From Pseudanabaena sp. ELA607 (lineage in GTDB: Bacteria; Cyanobacteriota; Cyanobacteriia; Pseudanabaenales; Pseudanabaenaceae): 64,000 nucleotides of DNA. The notes under the pieces are model-generated. The model was not told the origin of the DNA. It ran no database searches and worked only from the letters and a program-made list of their open reading frames with translations. Of the stretch, positions 37,690 through 47,880 are shown in pieces (the stretch's first letter is position 1; each line of letters begins with the position of its first letter). Position numbers and translations under genes: made by a program. The stretch covers positions 7,200 through 71,199 of the forward strand of contig JBAXSK010000001.1 in NCBI GenBank assembly GCA_037130765.1. The letters run 5' to 3'.

Positions 37690-38913
37690 CTAAGTTCTGC
37701 TGTGGTGGTGCTGGTGCGGGTCAGGACGGCGGTAAGTCCAGTGGGTACGTTGGGTAATGGTGGCTTTGCTACCCGTAATCAGGTTGTCGCCGTTGCTGCC
37801 AGTGAAACTATCGCTGCCCGTGAGAGTAATGATGATTTTGTCGTTGATGGAACCATCAAAGGCACGAGCTTCGTTGAGTGTGCTGGTGCTGTAACTCAAG
37901 GTAGGCGTGCCACCAGCAGATGCCGTGGTGAAATTCCAAGCCGTGCTGCCAGTGATTCCTGCAAAATTATTTCCAGCAGTATCTTTAATCGCTCCTGCGG
38001 AAATTTCTACATAATATCCAGTTCCTGCAATCAGGTCATTGGTAGGATTGATCGTTACTGTAGAACCACTAACGGTAACTTGAGCAGAGGTGACAGCGAT
38101 CGTTTCGACTACAGCATTGTCCGATGATTGCTTAATGACAATATTGCCAGTTCCCTTTTGGATATTCTCGTTAAAAGTGACCTGTAGGTTATTGCCAACA
38201 ACTACCGCAGTTGCATCGTCTGCTGGTGAAAGTGTAGCGATCGTGGGAGCAGTTGTGTCACTCCCTCCTGAAGTAATAGTGAAATCATCGATCGCTAGAC
38301 CCGCATCATTTCCTGTATTTTCAGTGTCAACCCACCGCAACCAAAATTGTTGGTTGTTGGCAATATTAAGCCCAGTAATTGTTGAACTTATGCTAGTAGG
38401 ATTTGTATTTCCATTCAGCGCTCCATTAGCTGCAACAGCTGGGGCTCCTGTAAAATTTAGAGCAGTGAATGGTGTCCAAGTACCAGAGGTAAGATCTGTT
38501 GCTCCAATTTGATAAGAAAAAGCGAGGACGTTTTGGGTTGTTGTACTACTTCTCCATTGCTCTCCCTTATAGCTAATAAGTAAGCTTGTAATATTACTGC
38601 CAGTAGTATTAGTTAAACTAACACCAAAAGCAGGGGTCGTTCCCCCAGATGCTAACGAACCCAACGCTCTTTCCGGAGGATTAGCACCAGTAGTACCATA
38701 ACTGTAAATCCCTCCTGCATTGTTTGCCCCATTATCAACAAACAAGCTAGTAGCACTAGTACCTGTTCCAGATAACTTCACTGCATACCAGTTACTTGCA
38801 AGAGAAGTAATAGGAACTGTTGACGAAGATGCAGATGGTAAGAATGATGCAACAGCAGTGGTAGGTAGTGTATCAAAATTTTCAGTATATGAACCATTGA
38901 AATTAACAGGCAT
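37690..38913 (-). CDS. nuclease fragment 1/3: N-terminal beta-rich module plus SbsA/Big_5-type Ig-like domain
   Basis: DTTAPTIATLSPADDATAV...VTINPTNDLIAGTGYYVEISAGAIKDTAGN is a Big_5-like pattern. No signal peptide is present. The frame is lost after ...GSKATIT. Confidence 0.7.
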   Translation of the reverse strand: MPVNFNGSYTENFDTLPTTAVASFLPSASSSTVPITSLASNWYAVKLSGTGTSATSLFVDNGANNAGGIYSYGTTGANPPERALGSLASGGTTPAFGVSLTNTTGSNITSLLISYKGEQWRSSTTTQNVLAFSYQIGATDLTSGTWTPFTALNFTGAPAVAANGALNGNTNPTSISSTITGLNIANNQQFWLRWVDTENTGNDAGLAIDDFTITSGGSDTTAPTIATLSPADDATAVVVGNNLQVTFNENIQKGTGNIVIKQSSDNAVVETIAVTSAQVTVSGSTVTINPTNDLIAGTGYYVEISAGAIKDTAGNNFAGITGSTAWNFTTASAGGTPTLSYSTSTLNEARAFDGSINDKIIITLTGSDSFTGSNGDNLITGSKATITQRTHWTYRRPDPHQHHHSRT

Positions 38914-39621
38914 AGCAATTCCTCATTAAAAAATGATCGTTATCTCTAAAAGTCAGGAAAGTTAACTCATTAGCTAATTGCAGCTAACAAGTAAACTGCA
39001 ATTACTTAGGTATTAAGGGCGATCGCCATTAGCAATCATCCATAATGTCTAGCGAAACTCAAGCGGGAAAAGATTCGATCGCCTCAAAAACAACCGAGAA
39101 TATGATTGGCAAAACCAGTTAGTATCTTCTCTAACAAGACTTATGCTAAGATCTCGTCTCGCTAAATTTAGCGGCAAACATTTCTAAGTGACTGCGTGAA
39201 AATCAAAGGAATTGAAATCAAAAGCAATCACAAACAGATCGCAAATGAAACTTCAGCGATCACCATAACTTAGCTACTCTAAGTTGTTAAAAATATTAAA
39301 TAAAATGAACTGTGATCAATGTACAACTAAAATGCCCTCTCTTGGGTTAAGGGCTGTTATAGAAAAGATTATGTAAAACCGATATTTACTGCATTTTTGC
39401 AACCTCTTGGCACTTTAAGTAACTGTGGATATAGTAATAATCCTGAAATTATCGATAACTTTTATTAAGATATTTTCATGATAGTTATGGTTATCAGTGT
39501 AAATTTCCACTTTCAATCATGGGAAAGTAAATTTTCTCTTAAGTAAAGAGAAGTGTTTACCCCAACAGTGCAATATGGATTCAGTCATCTTTGCCTTTGG
39601 GAATGTATTCCTAATTAATTA

Positions 39622-40509
39622 ATGCCTCCTCTGAACTATCCCCAAGCAACTATCGGTATTATTGGCGGCAGTGGTTTATATGCCATGAATGCCCTAACGA
39701 ATGTGCGGGAAATTAGCCTTGAGACTCCTTTTGGCAAACCGTCTGACGCTTTGATTTATGGACAAATTGACGGCGTAGCTGTGGTGTTTTTGGCACGACA
39801 TGGACGGCATCATCATCTCTTGCCCAGCGAAGTGCCCTACCGCGCTAATGTCTATGCCATGAAACAATTGGGGGTGCAATATTTACTCTCGGTGTCGGCG
39901 GTGGGTTCATTACAGGAATATGCCCGCCCCTTAGATTTGGTGATTCCCGATCAGTTTATTGACCGGACTCATAATCGCGCTAGCACATTTTTTGGGGATG
40001 GCATTGTGGCTCATATCGCTTTTGCTGAACCAGTGTGCAAAGAATTATCTAAGTTGGTCGCCCAAGTAGCAGAGGGCTTAGATTTGGGGCGAATCAAAGT
40101 GCATCGGGGCGGGGCATATTTGTGTATGGAAGGGCCCGCATTTTCCACGAAAGCGGAATCTTTTCTCTATCGCAGTTGGGGGGCTAAAGTGATTGGCATG
40201 ACCAATTTACCAGAGGCAAAATTAGCCAGAGAAGCCGAAATCGCCTATGCAACTTTGGCTATGGTGACCGATTATGACTGTTGGCATGAGGAACACACCA
40301 GCGTTAGTGTGGATTTAGTGGTGGCAAATTTGCAGAAAAATGCTGCTAATGCCCAAAAAGTGATCCAAGCTGTTGTAGAACGCATCGCCAAACATCCACC
40401 CGAATCTACGGCTCACAGTGCTTTAGAAGCGGCAATTTTAACTCGTTTAGCCGATGTGCCTGCGGCAACTTTGAGCCGATTGCAGCCCATTTTGCAAAAG
40501 TATTTGTAA
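39622..40509 (+). CDS. mtnP: S-methyl-5'-thioadenosine phosphorylase
   Basis: [23 protein letters not shown] and GMTN...EA are MTAP/PNP-family motifs. 295 aa. Confidence 0.9.
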   Translation: MPPLNYPQATIGIIGGSGLYAMNALTNVREISLETPFGKPSDALIYGQIDGVAVVFLARHGRHHHLLPSEVPYRANVYAMKQLGVQYLLSVSAVGSLQEYARPLDLVIPDQFIDRTHNRASTFFGDGIVAHIAFAEPVCKELSKLVAQVAEGLDLGRIKVHRGGAYLCMEGPAFSTKAESFLYRSWGAKVIGMTNLPEAKLAREAEIAYATLAMVTDYDCWHEEHTSVSVDLVVANLQKNAANAQKVIQAVVERIAKHPPESTAHSALEAAILTRLADVPAATLSRLQPILQKYL

Positions 40510-40563
40510 AACTATTTCTAGTCAATCAAATTAAGAATGGTACGGCTTGAATGTAATAAATAG

Positions 40564-40667
40564 CACCACCCCGTCAGGCATAGCCTGCCACCCCTCCAAG
40601 GGAGGGGAATTACAGACAAGATTAAAATTCCCCTCCCTTGGAGGGGTACGCCACAGGCGGGGGGTGG
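40564..40667. repeat. GC-rich hairpin repeat element (MITE-like)
   Basis: Inverted arms caccaccccgtcaggc...cccctccaagggaggggaatt and aattcccctcccttggaggggtacgcc...ggggggtgg. One arm recurs at 49399..49466. Confidence 0.7.
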
Positions 40668-40860
40668 TCAAGTTCTTTTAATGTACCAAAATAATTTTAA
40701 ATGACTATAGTATTTATAAAACTATGGACAAAGAAATAAACCTAGTACTCGATTATGATGTAAAACAATCATGACGCACTTTATGATTGATCAGTGACTT
40801 ATCCTATGAAAACTGCTCAATCTAGTTGCATTTCTAGTTTAATTTCTGCCACTAATCTCT

Positions 40861-41214
40861 ATGACAAATTCTAATTCTAAATCCAACTCTAAAGCCAATT
40901 CTGATAATACCAAAGATGCGGTTAATGAGAACCCTAGCCCATTTAAAAGCTTATCTGGAGCCGCAATTGCGGCCACTTTAGCCACGGTTACCTATGGTTT
41001 TACTAATTTAGTCACCGTTAAACTCAATGCGGCTCCTTTGCAAACCACGAATACTTTTGCTAATCGGGTGGCAACATTGGTGCGTACTGCTTTATTAGGC
41101 TTAGGCTCTGGGGCCACGATGATTTTTAGTGTGATTGCTTTGGGCTTAACTTTACTAGCATTGCGGGAAATTTTGTCGAGTTTAAAGTTAATTGGAGCTA
41201 AATCAGAAAAATAA
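40861..41214 (+). CDS. small membrane protein, hypothetical
   Basis: 117 aa with a polar Ser/Asn-rich N-terminus and two hydrophobic helices. Confidence 0.4.
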   Translation: MTNSNSKSNSKANSDNTKDAVNENPSPFKSLSGAAIAATLATVTYGFTNLVTVKLNAAPLQTTNTFANRVATLVRTALLGLGSGATMIFSVIALGLTLLALREILSSLKLIGAKSEK

Positions 41215-41251
41215 TCGTTCAATTCATGAATCAATTATCAATCAATTGTTC

Positions 41252-41677
41252 TTACAGCAAAGGAGCAATAAATTTTTGATTAGCCCGCACATAACATCGA
41301 TAGGGTTCGCCATCACGACTACGCACAAACATCCAAGGTTTTTGATGTTCATCTAGGGCGTTAATATTCACCTCATCAGAACCACCGCGCCCAACATCTG
41401 CCTGTAAAACCGTGCCTTGGCTAAATACCCGCAATGATTTTCCTGTGGTACTAGGAATATCCCGACAATGTAATTTTGGTGCAATTACTTGCCACAAACT
41501 ACCCGGACTATCTTTATTTCTGTCAGGCAATGTAGCCCCAAAAACATTAGTAAAATTACTGTAATAGTTACCTTGAGCATCCGGCAATATGGGAGCAGCT
41601 TCTACTTGGCTAGAACTCGTAGTAATTATGGCGCATAAAAGCAAAGAGGGCACATATTTGAGCATAGATTTAGGCAT
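41252..41677 (-). CDS. secreted hypothetical protein (possible SH3-like fold)
   Basis: Signal peptide MLKYVPSLLLCAIITTSSSQVEA. No catalytic motif recognised. Confidence 0.4.
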   Translation of the reverse strand: MPKSMLKYVPSLLLCAIITTSSSQVEAAPILPDAQGNYYSNFTNVFGATLPDRNKDSPGSLWQVIAPKLHCRDIPSTTGKSLRVFSQGTVLQADVGRGGSDEVNINALDEHQKPWMFVRSRDGEPYRCYVRANQKFIAPLL

Positions 41678-41974
41678 AATGATTTAATTGTTTGAATTAA
41701 TTAATATTGATTAGTATTGATTCGCTAATGATTTACTTAATGAGTCAAGAGTAATTATCTTAATTAAATAGCTAATCTAAGACAAAAGACTGATTAAATC
41801 ATGGTAGGTTCCTGCCTAGAATCAATCCTAAAATGCTATCTTAATTTAATTAATATGTAATTCTAGATAGGAATTCCAAGAAAAAATCTAGCATCAATCA
41901 GAAATAAATAGCTCTATTATTACGCCATTGCAATTATTAATTAAACAGCAAAATTACTGCAAACTAAACTAGAT

Positions 41975-42478
41975 ATGTTAATGCTTTTATTTTATGTTGG
42001 TGATGATCTTTATGCCCTAGATTGTCGTTATGTGGTCGAAGTGGTTCCACGGGTAATTTTGCGGCAAATTCCTCAAGCCCCATCTTATGTCGCTGGACTT
42101 TTCAACTATCGAGGCAAAATTGTTCCCGTAATTGATTTATGCCATTTAATTCAAGGTAAACCTAGTAGCGGAAATTTGAGTACACGCATTATTATGGTTA
42201 GCTATACCGACACGAAAAATCGGCAGCAATCCTTAGGAATTATGGCAGAAAGAGTTACGGAAACTTTGAATGCGCCAAATCATATTTCCCATAATATTAA
42301 TTCAGAGCAACCGGCATCAGATGAGGCTAAATTTGATCGACAAAATCCTTATTTAGGAGAAATATTCATGGCTGAAAAAGGCTTGATTCAGCGAATTCGC
42401 CTCGAATATTTGTTCCTAGATCATCAACATCAGTATTTATTAGTTAATGGAGCAGACGATGATTCAGTCACAAATTGA
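41975..42478 (+). CDS. cheW: CheW-like coupling protein
   Basis: LLFYVGDDLYALDCRYVVEVVP...APSYVAGLFNYRGKIVPVIDL is the CheW domain pattern. Confidence 0.85.
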   Translation: MLMLLFYVGDDLYALDCRYVVEVVPRVILRQIPQAPSYVAGLFNYRGKIVPVIDLCHLIQGKPSSGNLSTRIIMVSYTDTKNRQQSLGIMAERVTETLNAPNHISHNINSEQPASDEAKFDRQNPYLGEIFMAEKGLIQRIRLEYLFLDHQHQYLLVNGADDDSVTN

Positions 42479-43859
42479 AACTTTCCTACAGCAGAAATTT
42501 GGGATTACAGCTAAAATCATCGGCTCAGATATGGTGCGCCAAGCTATTGAAAAGCGTCGCCTCGCTGCTAATTTACCCGATATGGAAGCTTATTGGTATC
42601 ACTTGCAAAGTAATGCCTTTGAATTAAATCAATTAATTGAATTAATTGTTATTCCTGAAACTTGGTTCTTTCGTGATTGGTATCCCTTCAATTTTTTAAA
42701 TGAATATCTCGCTACCGAGTGGTTACCAGCCCGTCATGGTCGCCCCTTAAAGATTTTAAGTATGCCTTGTGCTTCCGGAGAAGAGCCTTATTCTATTGCC
42801 ATGATGCTCTTAAATAGTGGCATGAAGCCATCTCAATTTGTGATTGACGGCTTAGATATTAGTCAAGATGCCATTAATAAAGCACGCATGGGCGTTTATA
42901 CTAATAATTCTTTTCGTGGTAATAATTTAGGTGCTAGCTTAGAATTTCAAAGACGTTATTTCACTGTAATTGATCATGAAAATCAGCCGAATCAAATTGT
43001 ATATTATCAATTACACGAAGAGATTAAATCCTGCGTTAAATTTGACATAGCCAACCTATTAGATATTAATTATTGCAATGATATTGAAGCCTATGATTTA
43101 ATTTTTTGTCGTAATGTTCTAATTTATTTTGATGGTGAATCCCGTCAAAAAGCTATTAAAAATATACATCAACTTCTTGTTAATCAGGGCTTACTTTTTG
43201 TGGGACATGCCGAGAGTAGTGTGATCATGGAAACTCGCTTATTTAACGCTATTCGTCATCCTTTTACTTTTGTCCATCGTAAAAAATCAGCTTCAGAAAC
43301 TTATCTAGAAACGCCCTTAAAATTAGCTCCTTTGGATCATGCAACTAATCATTTAGCTGCCCCTAATCAGCCACAAAATCTGACAATTAGACCTATATCA
43401 AATGCGCCAAAGTCTCTAACTAAAAGAGCAAATTACGAGGATCTATCGCCGCAGAAAATAATTAATCAGAAAGTAACCCATAAATTAGAGGCATCCTCTA
43501 TTCAGGATAAATCATCGCCATTATTATCAAATCAGTCTAATAATTTATCAGATGGTTTGGCTAATGCTCAAGAGTTAGCTGATCGCGGTTATTTAAATCA
43601 AGCTAGGGATATATGTCAGAGTTATATTACGCAGAATAGCACTGATGCTAATGCCTATGTTTTATTAGGCCAAATTCATCAAGCTCAAGGTATAGAAAAA
43701 CTGGCGATCCAAAATTTTGAAAAAGCACTTTATCTAGCCCCCGATCACTATGAGGCTTTGCTCCATTTGGCTTTAATTAAAGAAAATCAAGGGGATGTAA
43801 TGGCAGCGAGTGTTTTACGCCAAAGAATTCAGGAATTGCCAAAATTTCGTAATCAGTAA
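42447..43859 (+). CDS. cheR: CheR-type methyltransferase with C-terminal TPR domain
   Basis: CheR motifs ETWFFRD, ILSMPCASGEEPYSIAM and IFCRNVLIYF. The C-terminus has TPR-like repeats. It overlaps cheW by 32 nt. Confidence 0.85.
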   Translation: MEQTMIQSQIETFLQQKFGITAKIIGSDMVRQAIEKRRLAANLPDMEAYWYHLQSNAFELNQLIELIVIPETWFFRDWYPFNFLNEYLATEWLPARHGRPLKILSMPCASGEEPYSIAMMLLNSGMKPSQFVIDGLDISQDAINKARMGVYTNNSFRGNNLGASLEFQRRYFTVIDHENQPNQIVYYQLHEEIKSCVKFDIANLLDINYCNDIEAYDLIFCRNVLIYFDGESRQKAIKNIHQLLVNQGLLFVGHAESSVIMETRLFNAIRHPFTFVHRKKSASETYLETPLKLAPLDHATNHLAAPNQPQNLTIRPISNAPKSLTKRANYEDLSPQKIINQKVTHKLEASSIQDKSSPLLSNQSNNLSDGLANAQELADRGYLNQARDICQSYITQNSTDANAYVLLGQIHQAQGIEKLAIQNFEKALYLAPDHYEALLHLALIKENQGDVMAASVLRQRIQELPKFRNQ

Positions 43860-44012
43860 TTATAGTCAGAATAGGAAGCAATAGATTTCCTAAAACCTTG
43901 GTGGGACCGGCATCTTGCCCGCCCCACTAGCAGTATCTGATTAATTTCTATTCTCTATCAAATCAGAAACAACTATATTCTAAACTTCTAAACCAAATCT
44001 TAAATGAATAGT

Positions 44013-44456
44013 TTAGATTGCTTGCTGTAATGGCTTCCAGCTAACTTCTCTAGCGCTGGCAACTTCCACAACAACTTTGACGCGGCTATCTTGAGATGGC
44101 AAATCATTCAAAATCGCCAATTCTTCCTTAGATAAGAATTTCCCTTCAATCAACCACACCACCAAACCCTTAGACTTAGGTGACAAAGCCCCAAGACGCA
44201 ATTGAATTTGCGGTGGAATGAAATAACGGCGGACTTCATGCTTGCCCAAATGGGAAGGACGCACCCCATGCACGGCGGTTAAATAGCTGGAAATATCCCC
44301 CAAACCTCGCGCCGTGATGAACAAAATATCATAACCAGCATTTTTGAGGCGTAGTTGATAGCGACCTTCATAGCCGCCCTCAGGTGGCACGTACATCGCC
44401 AATGCCCCAGCTTTTTCTAGATCTTTGACAATGCTAGCGGTCGCAATCAGTGGCAT
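44013..44456 (-). CDS. ndhN: NAD(P)H-quinone oxidoreductase subunit N
   Basis: MPLIATASIVKDLEKAGALAMYVPPEGGYEGRYQLRLKNAGY matches the conserved NdhN N-terminus. Confidence 0.85.
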   Translation of the reverse strand: MPLIATASIVKDLEKAGALAMYVPPEGGYEGRYQLRLKNAGYDILFITARGLGDISSYLTAVHGVRPSHLGKHEVRRYFIPPQIQLRLGALSPKSKGLVVWLIEGKFLSKEELAILNDLPSQDSRVKVVVEVASAREVSWKPLQQAI

Positions 44457-45149
44457 ATTTCCTCCGGTGTGTTACTTTTGATCGATTTATGGTGTGTTTG
44501 GTGATAATTGCATGGGAATTTATGGGCAGTGGCTGGTTAGGTTACAGGGTTTGTAACTCATCCATCCCGCGAAAATTGCGCTGCTCATCAGGCGAATTTT
44601 AATCTGCCTAGAAGCATGGCCAAGATTGTAATGCCAGTATAGAGCTATTTGGTGGTTTTGGCTGGAGTTAACCACTTGGGGCACAATCTTTGCAGTTATT
44701 GCTAGCTATTGCTCATCACTGGGCAGCACAATCTATCAGTATTTTACAATATAAAATGAATAAATGATTTAATCAAATCAATGATTTGCTAATAAATTAA
44801 GTAGCGATATTTAACTGAAAACACCAATATGATTTGGTAAAGGACAAATTTTAGGGCAATAAGCCGCTAGATTTAAATTTGAGACGCGATAATCATAACT
44901 CTTCAATTTTTCTGCGGATGGTCACAGTAGACCTATGGCAGAGCTTATAATTAAAACGTATGCCATAGATTAACGGTCGTCATCAATCGCCATTATCTAA
45001 TAGTCATTGTTCAGGTGTTACCAATTTCACATACCGTAAATAACAGTCAGTAAATAACAGCGCAAATAACACCGCCCGACTTAGTACTGCTGTGTAAATA
45101 TTCTGCAAATATTCTTTTAATTATTCCTCCAATTTAGTCCCCAGTCAGC

Positions 45150-46967
45150 ATGGAAGCCATCCGTAAGCAAGTTACCGACAATCTTGACCAATTGCTTGAT
45201 ATTCTCCCCCCAAAATTGCGTGATAGCTTGGAGCTATGTGGGCGACTCGATCATCTTGTGGAAATTGTCATGGATTTGGGACGCTCTCCCGAAGCCCGTT
45301 ACACTGACTGCACTAAATATCTCAGTGATGATCCCGTAAACCGCGAGGATCTGGAAGTTTGTGTGCAACGGGTGGGCGAATTTGGCGAAGATAACCGCGC
45401 TGGCATTGAACGCACTTTGCACCGCATCAGTGCCATCCGCAACCGCAAAGGCATCATTATTGGCTTAACTTGTCGGGTGGGACGAGCGGTTTATGGCACT
45501 ATTGCAATGATTCGCGATTTGGTAGAAACGGGACAATCTATTTTGCTACTCGGTAAGCCGGGCATGGGTAAAACCACTGCTTTACGGGAAATCGCCCGGG
45601 TTCTTGCCGATGATCTCAATAAGCGAGTGGTCATTATTGACACTTCTAACGAAATTGCGGGCGATGGCGATATTCCGCATCCTGCCATTGGTCGAGCGCG
45701 GCGGATGCAGGTCACAAAGCCAGAATTACAGCATCAGGTGATGATTGAAGCAGTCGAAAATCATATGCCTGAAGTAATCGTGATTGACGAAATTGGTACG
45801 GAACTGGAAGCTCTTGCCGCGCGGACTATTGCGGAACGGGGCGTGCAATTAGTCGGCACAGCCCACGGCAATCAACTGGCTAATTTAATTAAAAATCCCA
45901 CCCTTTCTGATTTAATTGGCGGGATTCAATCGGTGACCTTGGGAGATGAAGAAATGCGTCGCCGAGGGTTACCGCAAAAAAGTATTTTGGAACGGAAAGC
46001 CCAGCCCACTTTCGATATTGCCGTCGAAATGTGGGAACGTTATCGCTGGGGGGTACATACGGATGTGGCAGCCACCATTGACTTATTACTGCGAGATCGC
46101 GAACCAGGCAAGCAAATTCGGGCGGTGAGTGAAATTGGCGAAGTGATCATTACCGAAGAAAAAGCCAAGGTTCCCGAAATCGCTAAACCAGCAATGGGTA
46201 AAGGTTGGCGCTCATCAGGCAGAATGAAGCCTTTACCGCTAGAAGTATCGCCACGGCGCGAGGGTAATGAGTTGGCTTTTTTGAGTGGTGACGATTCTAG
46301 TCATAGTTCTCAGACAATCAGTGGCGAGAATTTACAAAATCCCTCAGTAAATATCCGCCAGAATGTAACTGATTTGCGTTCCCAATCGTCTCTAATCGAT
46401 AACGAACTTACCGATGATGACGACACAGCGTTAATGAGTGAGGGCGGTTTTCGGGAACAAGCCGACGCTTTATATGTATACCTCTATGGTGTGAGCCGCC
46501 ACCAAACGGAACAGATTGCCCAGACGCTCCATTTACCGATTGTGATTACCCGTGAGGTGGATAGTGCCGATGTGGTTTTAGCGTTGCGTACTCAAATTCG
46601 CAATCATTCTAAAGTTCGACACATTGCTGAAAGTCGTCGCATTCCAATTCATTCCATTAAGAGCAGTACTTTACCGCAGATTACCCGTGCTTTACGGCGG
46701 ATGCTCCACATTGACGAAAGCCCCACCGATGCCATGACAGATTTACAGATGTTTGGCTATGGTGATTCGGAAGATGAGATCGAAGCCTTAGAAGAAGCCC
46801 GTTTAGCTGTGGAGCAGATTGTGATTCCTAAAGGGCAGCCGGTGGAATTATTGCCCCGTTCGGCGACGATTCGCAAAATGCAACACGAACTAATTGAACA
46901 TTATCATTTACGTTCGGTGAGCTTTGGCACAGAGCCGAATCGTCGCCTTAGGGTTTATCCTAGCTAG
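45150..46967 (+). CDS. ycf45: Ycf45-like AAA ATPase with C-terminal R3H domain
   Basis: Walker A GKPGMGKTT and Walker B VIVIDEIGT (SpoIIIAA-like). The R3H-type C-terminus is RKMQHELIEHYHLRSVSFGTEPNRRLRVYP. Confidence 0.8.
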   Translation: MEAIRKQVTDNLDQLLDILPPKLRDSLELCGRLDHLVEIVMDLGRSPEARYTDCTKYLSDDPVNREDLEVCVQRVGEFGEDNRAGIERTLHRISAIRNRKGIIIGLTCRVGRAVYGTIAMIRDLVETGQSILLLGKPGMGKTTALREIARVLADDLNKRVVIIDTSNEIAGDGDIPHPAIGRARRMQVTKPELQHQVMIEAVENHMPEVIVIDEIGTELEALAARTIAERGVQLVGTAHGNQLANLIKNPTLSDLIGGIQSVTLGDEEMRRRGLPQKSILERKAQPTFDIAVEMWERYRWGVHTDVAATIDLLLRDREPGKQIRAVSEIGEVIITEEKAKVPEIAKPAMGKGWRSSGRMKPLPLEVSPRREGNELAFLSGDDSSHSSQTISGENLQNPSVNIRQNVTDLRSQSSLIDNELTDDDDTALMSEGGFREQADALYVYLYGVSRHQTEQIAQTLHLPIVITREVDSADVVLALRTQIRNHSKVRHIAESRRIPIHSIKSSTLPQITRALRRMLHIDESPTDAMTDLQMFGYGDSEDEIEALEEARLAVEQIVIPKGQPVELLPRSATIRKMQHELIEHYHLRSVSFGTEPNRRLRVYPS

Positions 46968-47001
46968 GGAAACTTATCTTAAAAATCCATGTTTTCCAAT
47001 A

Positions 47002-47880
47002 TTACCAATTATCGAGGAGTTTCGGTAACGTACTCTCAGTTAAGAAGCGTTTGCCGTCAGCACCTGTTCTAGACAAAATATCTTCCATGGATTCATAGGG
47101 TTTGACCAGTCGAGATTCAAAGACTTTCTTAGCCGTACTTTTAGCCGTAGTGATACCCACTTGGGATAACTTGGCGGTTAATGGTAAAACAGCCAGATTA
47201 TTGAGTCCATCAAGAACTAATTTTGCTCTTTCCGGATCGTATTCCAATTTGTTCGGCTTGCTTACCTTAGCCTTGGTGGGATTGGTTTTGGTTGACTTAG
47301 TTTTGGTTGTATTGGAGTTACTTGATTCAGGCTTGCTAGCAGGAGGATTGACCGATTCAGTAACTGCAATATATTTCTGAATTGTTTTTTGTACGATAGA
47401 CTCTAATTTAGATTCATTCACTAATTGAGATGCCAACTTCTCCTCAAAATTATCCATCCGAGATGCCAAAGTATTAATCTGAGCTAAAATCAGCTTTAAC
47501 TCATTCGGTAGCTTAGATTCACTAGGATGATTAATAACTGTATTCAGTGGATTGTCCTGTGACCTCAACAGCGATCTAAAAAAATCATATTGTTCTAGAA
47601 CACTTGACTCTAGCTGCGGTGGCACAATATAAGCCTGAATGGAAGTAAATTGCTCGTCTATTTGTTCCGCCTTAAGTGCCGCATAATATTCCAAATAACC
47701 TTCTAGAATTGCAAAGGAAATTGGCGATATTTTGCGGACAATAATCGGTTTAATGGTATCGCGCACTTGCAAAAACAGATTAGCCAGAGTCTCTATCTGA
47801 CTCTCCTCAAATTGATTGCGATGGGCGGAATCTGGGGCGATGATCGTTTCAAGATCGATAGAAAATGGTACAAAACTCAT
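47002..47880 (-). CDS. ParB/Srx-like N-terminal domain protein with degenerate arginine patch and HhH-like C-terminus
   Basis: The N-terminus HRNQFEESQIETLANLFLQVRDTIKPIIVRK...FAILEGYLEYYAA follows the ParB-N pattern, but EGYLEY replaces GERR. It is coupled (ATGA) to the upstream ParA-like gene. Confidence 0.6.
   Translation of the reverse strand: MSFVPFSIDLETIIAPDSAHRNQFEESQIETLANLFLQVRDTIKPIIVRKISPISFAILEGYLEYYAALKAEQIDEQFTSIQAYIVPPQLESSVLEQYDFFRSLLRSQDNPLNTVINHPSESKLPNELKLILAQINTLASRMDNFEEKLASQLVNESKLESIVQKTIQKYIAVTESVNPPASKPESSNSNTTKTKSTKTNPTKAKVSKPNKLEYDPERAKLVLDGLNNLAVLPLTAKLSQVGITTAKSTAKKVFESRLVKPYESMEDILSRTGADGKRFLTESTLPKLLDNW

Larger units (their letters stand above)
32624..38913 (-). 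pseudogene. roughly 6.3-kb multidomain secreted nuclease gene (ExeM/NucH-like with RTX) interrupted by two 1-nt frameshifts
   Basis: Three consecutive ORFs join seamlessly. Frame 2 is open from 37778 down into the 37445 ATG and reads ...NVPTGLTAVLTRTSTTTAELSFTG...ALDANWMVVGDDE. The NYIIL/DDGSSTQNP junction lies at 34962..34975. Confidence 0.65.

Noticed and set aside
37450-38127. A 225-aa plus-strand ORF spanning the apparent gap between two nuclease fragments.
   Set aside because: The minus strand is open across the whole gap in a frame that joins directly to the 37445 ATG and encodes sensible repeat-domain sequence. The plus-strand ORF is an antisense artefact.
32779-38929. Many plus-strand and alternative-frame ORFs of 60 to 166 aa inside the nuclease locus (for example 33407..33757, 36325..36825, 38090..38512).
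   Set aside because: They are antisense or out of frame relative to a long Thr/Gly/Ala/Asn-rich coding region with clear domain motifs. Their translations are low-complexity with no motifs. They are shadow ORFs.
38914-39621. A Pho box upstream of the nuclease gene (for example gggttaag at about 39344).
   Set aside because: Only a single 7/8 match was found, with no properly phased second repeat. This is insufficient to call.
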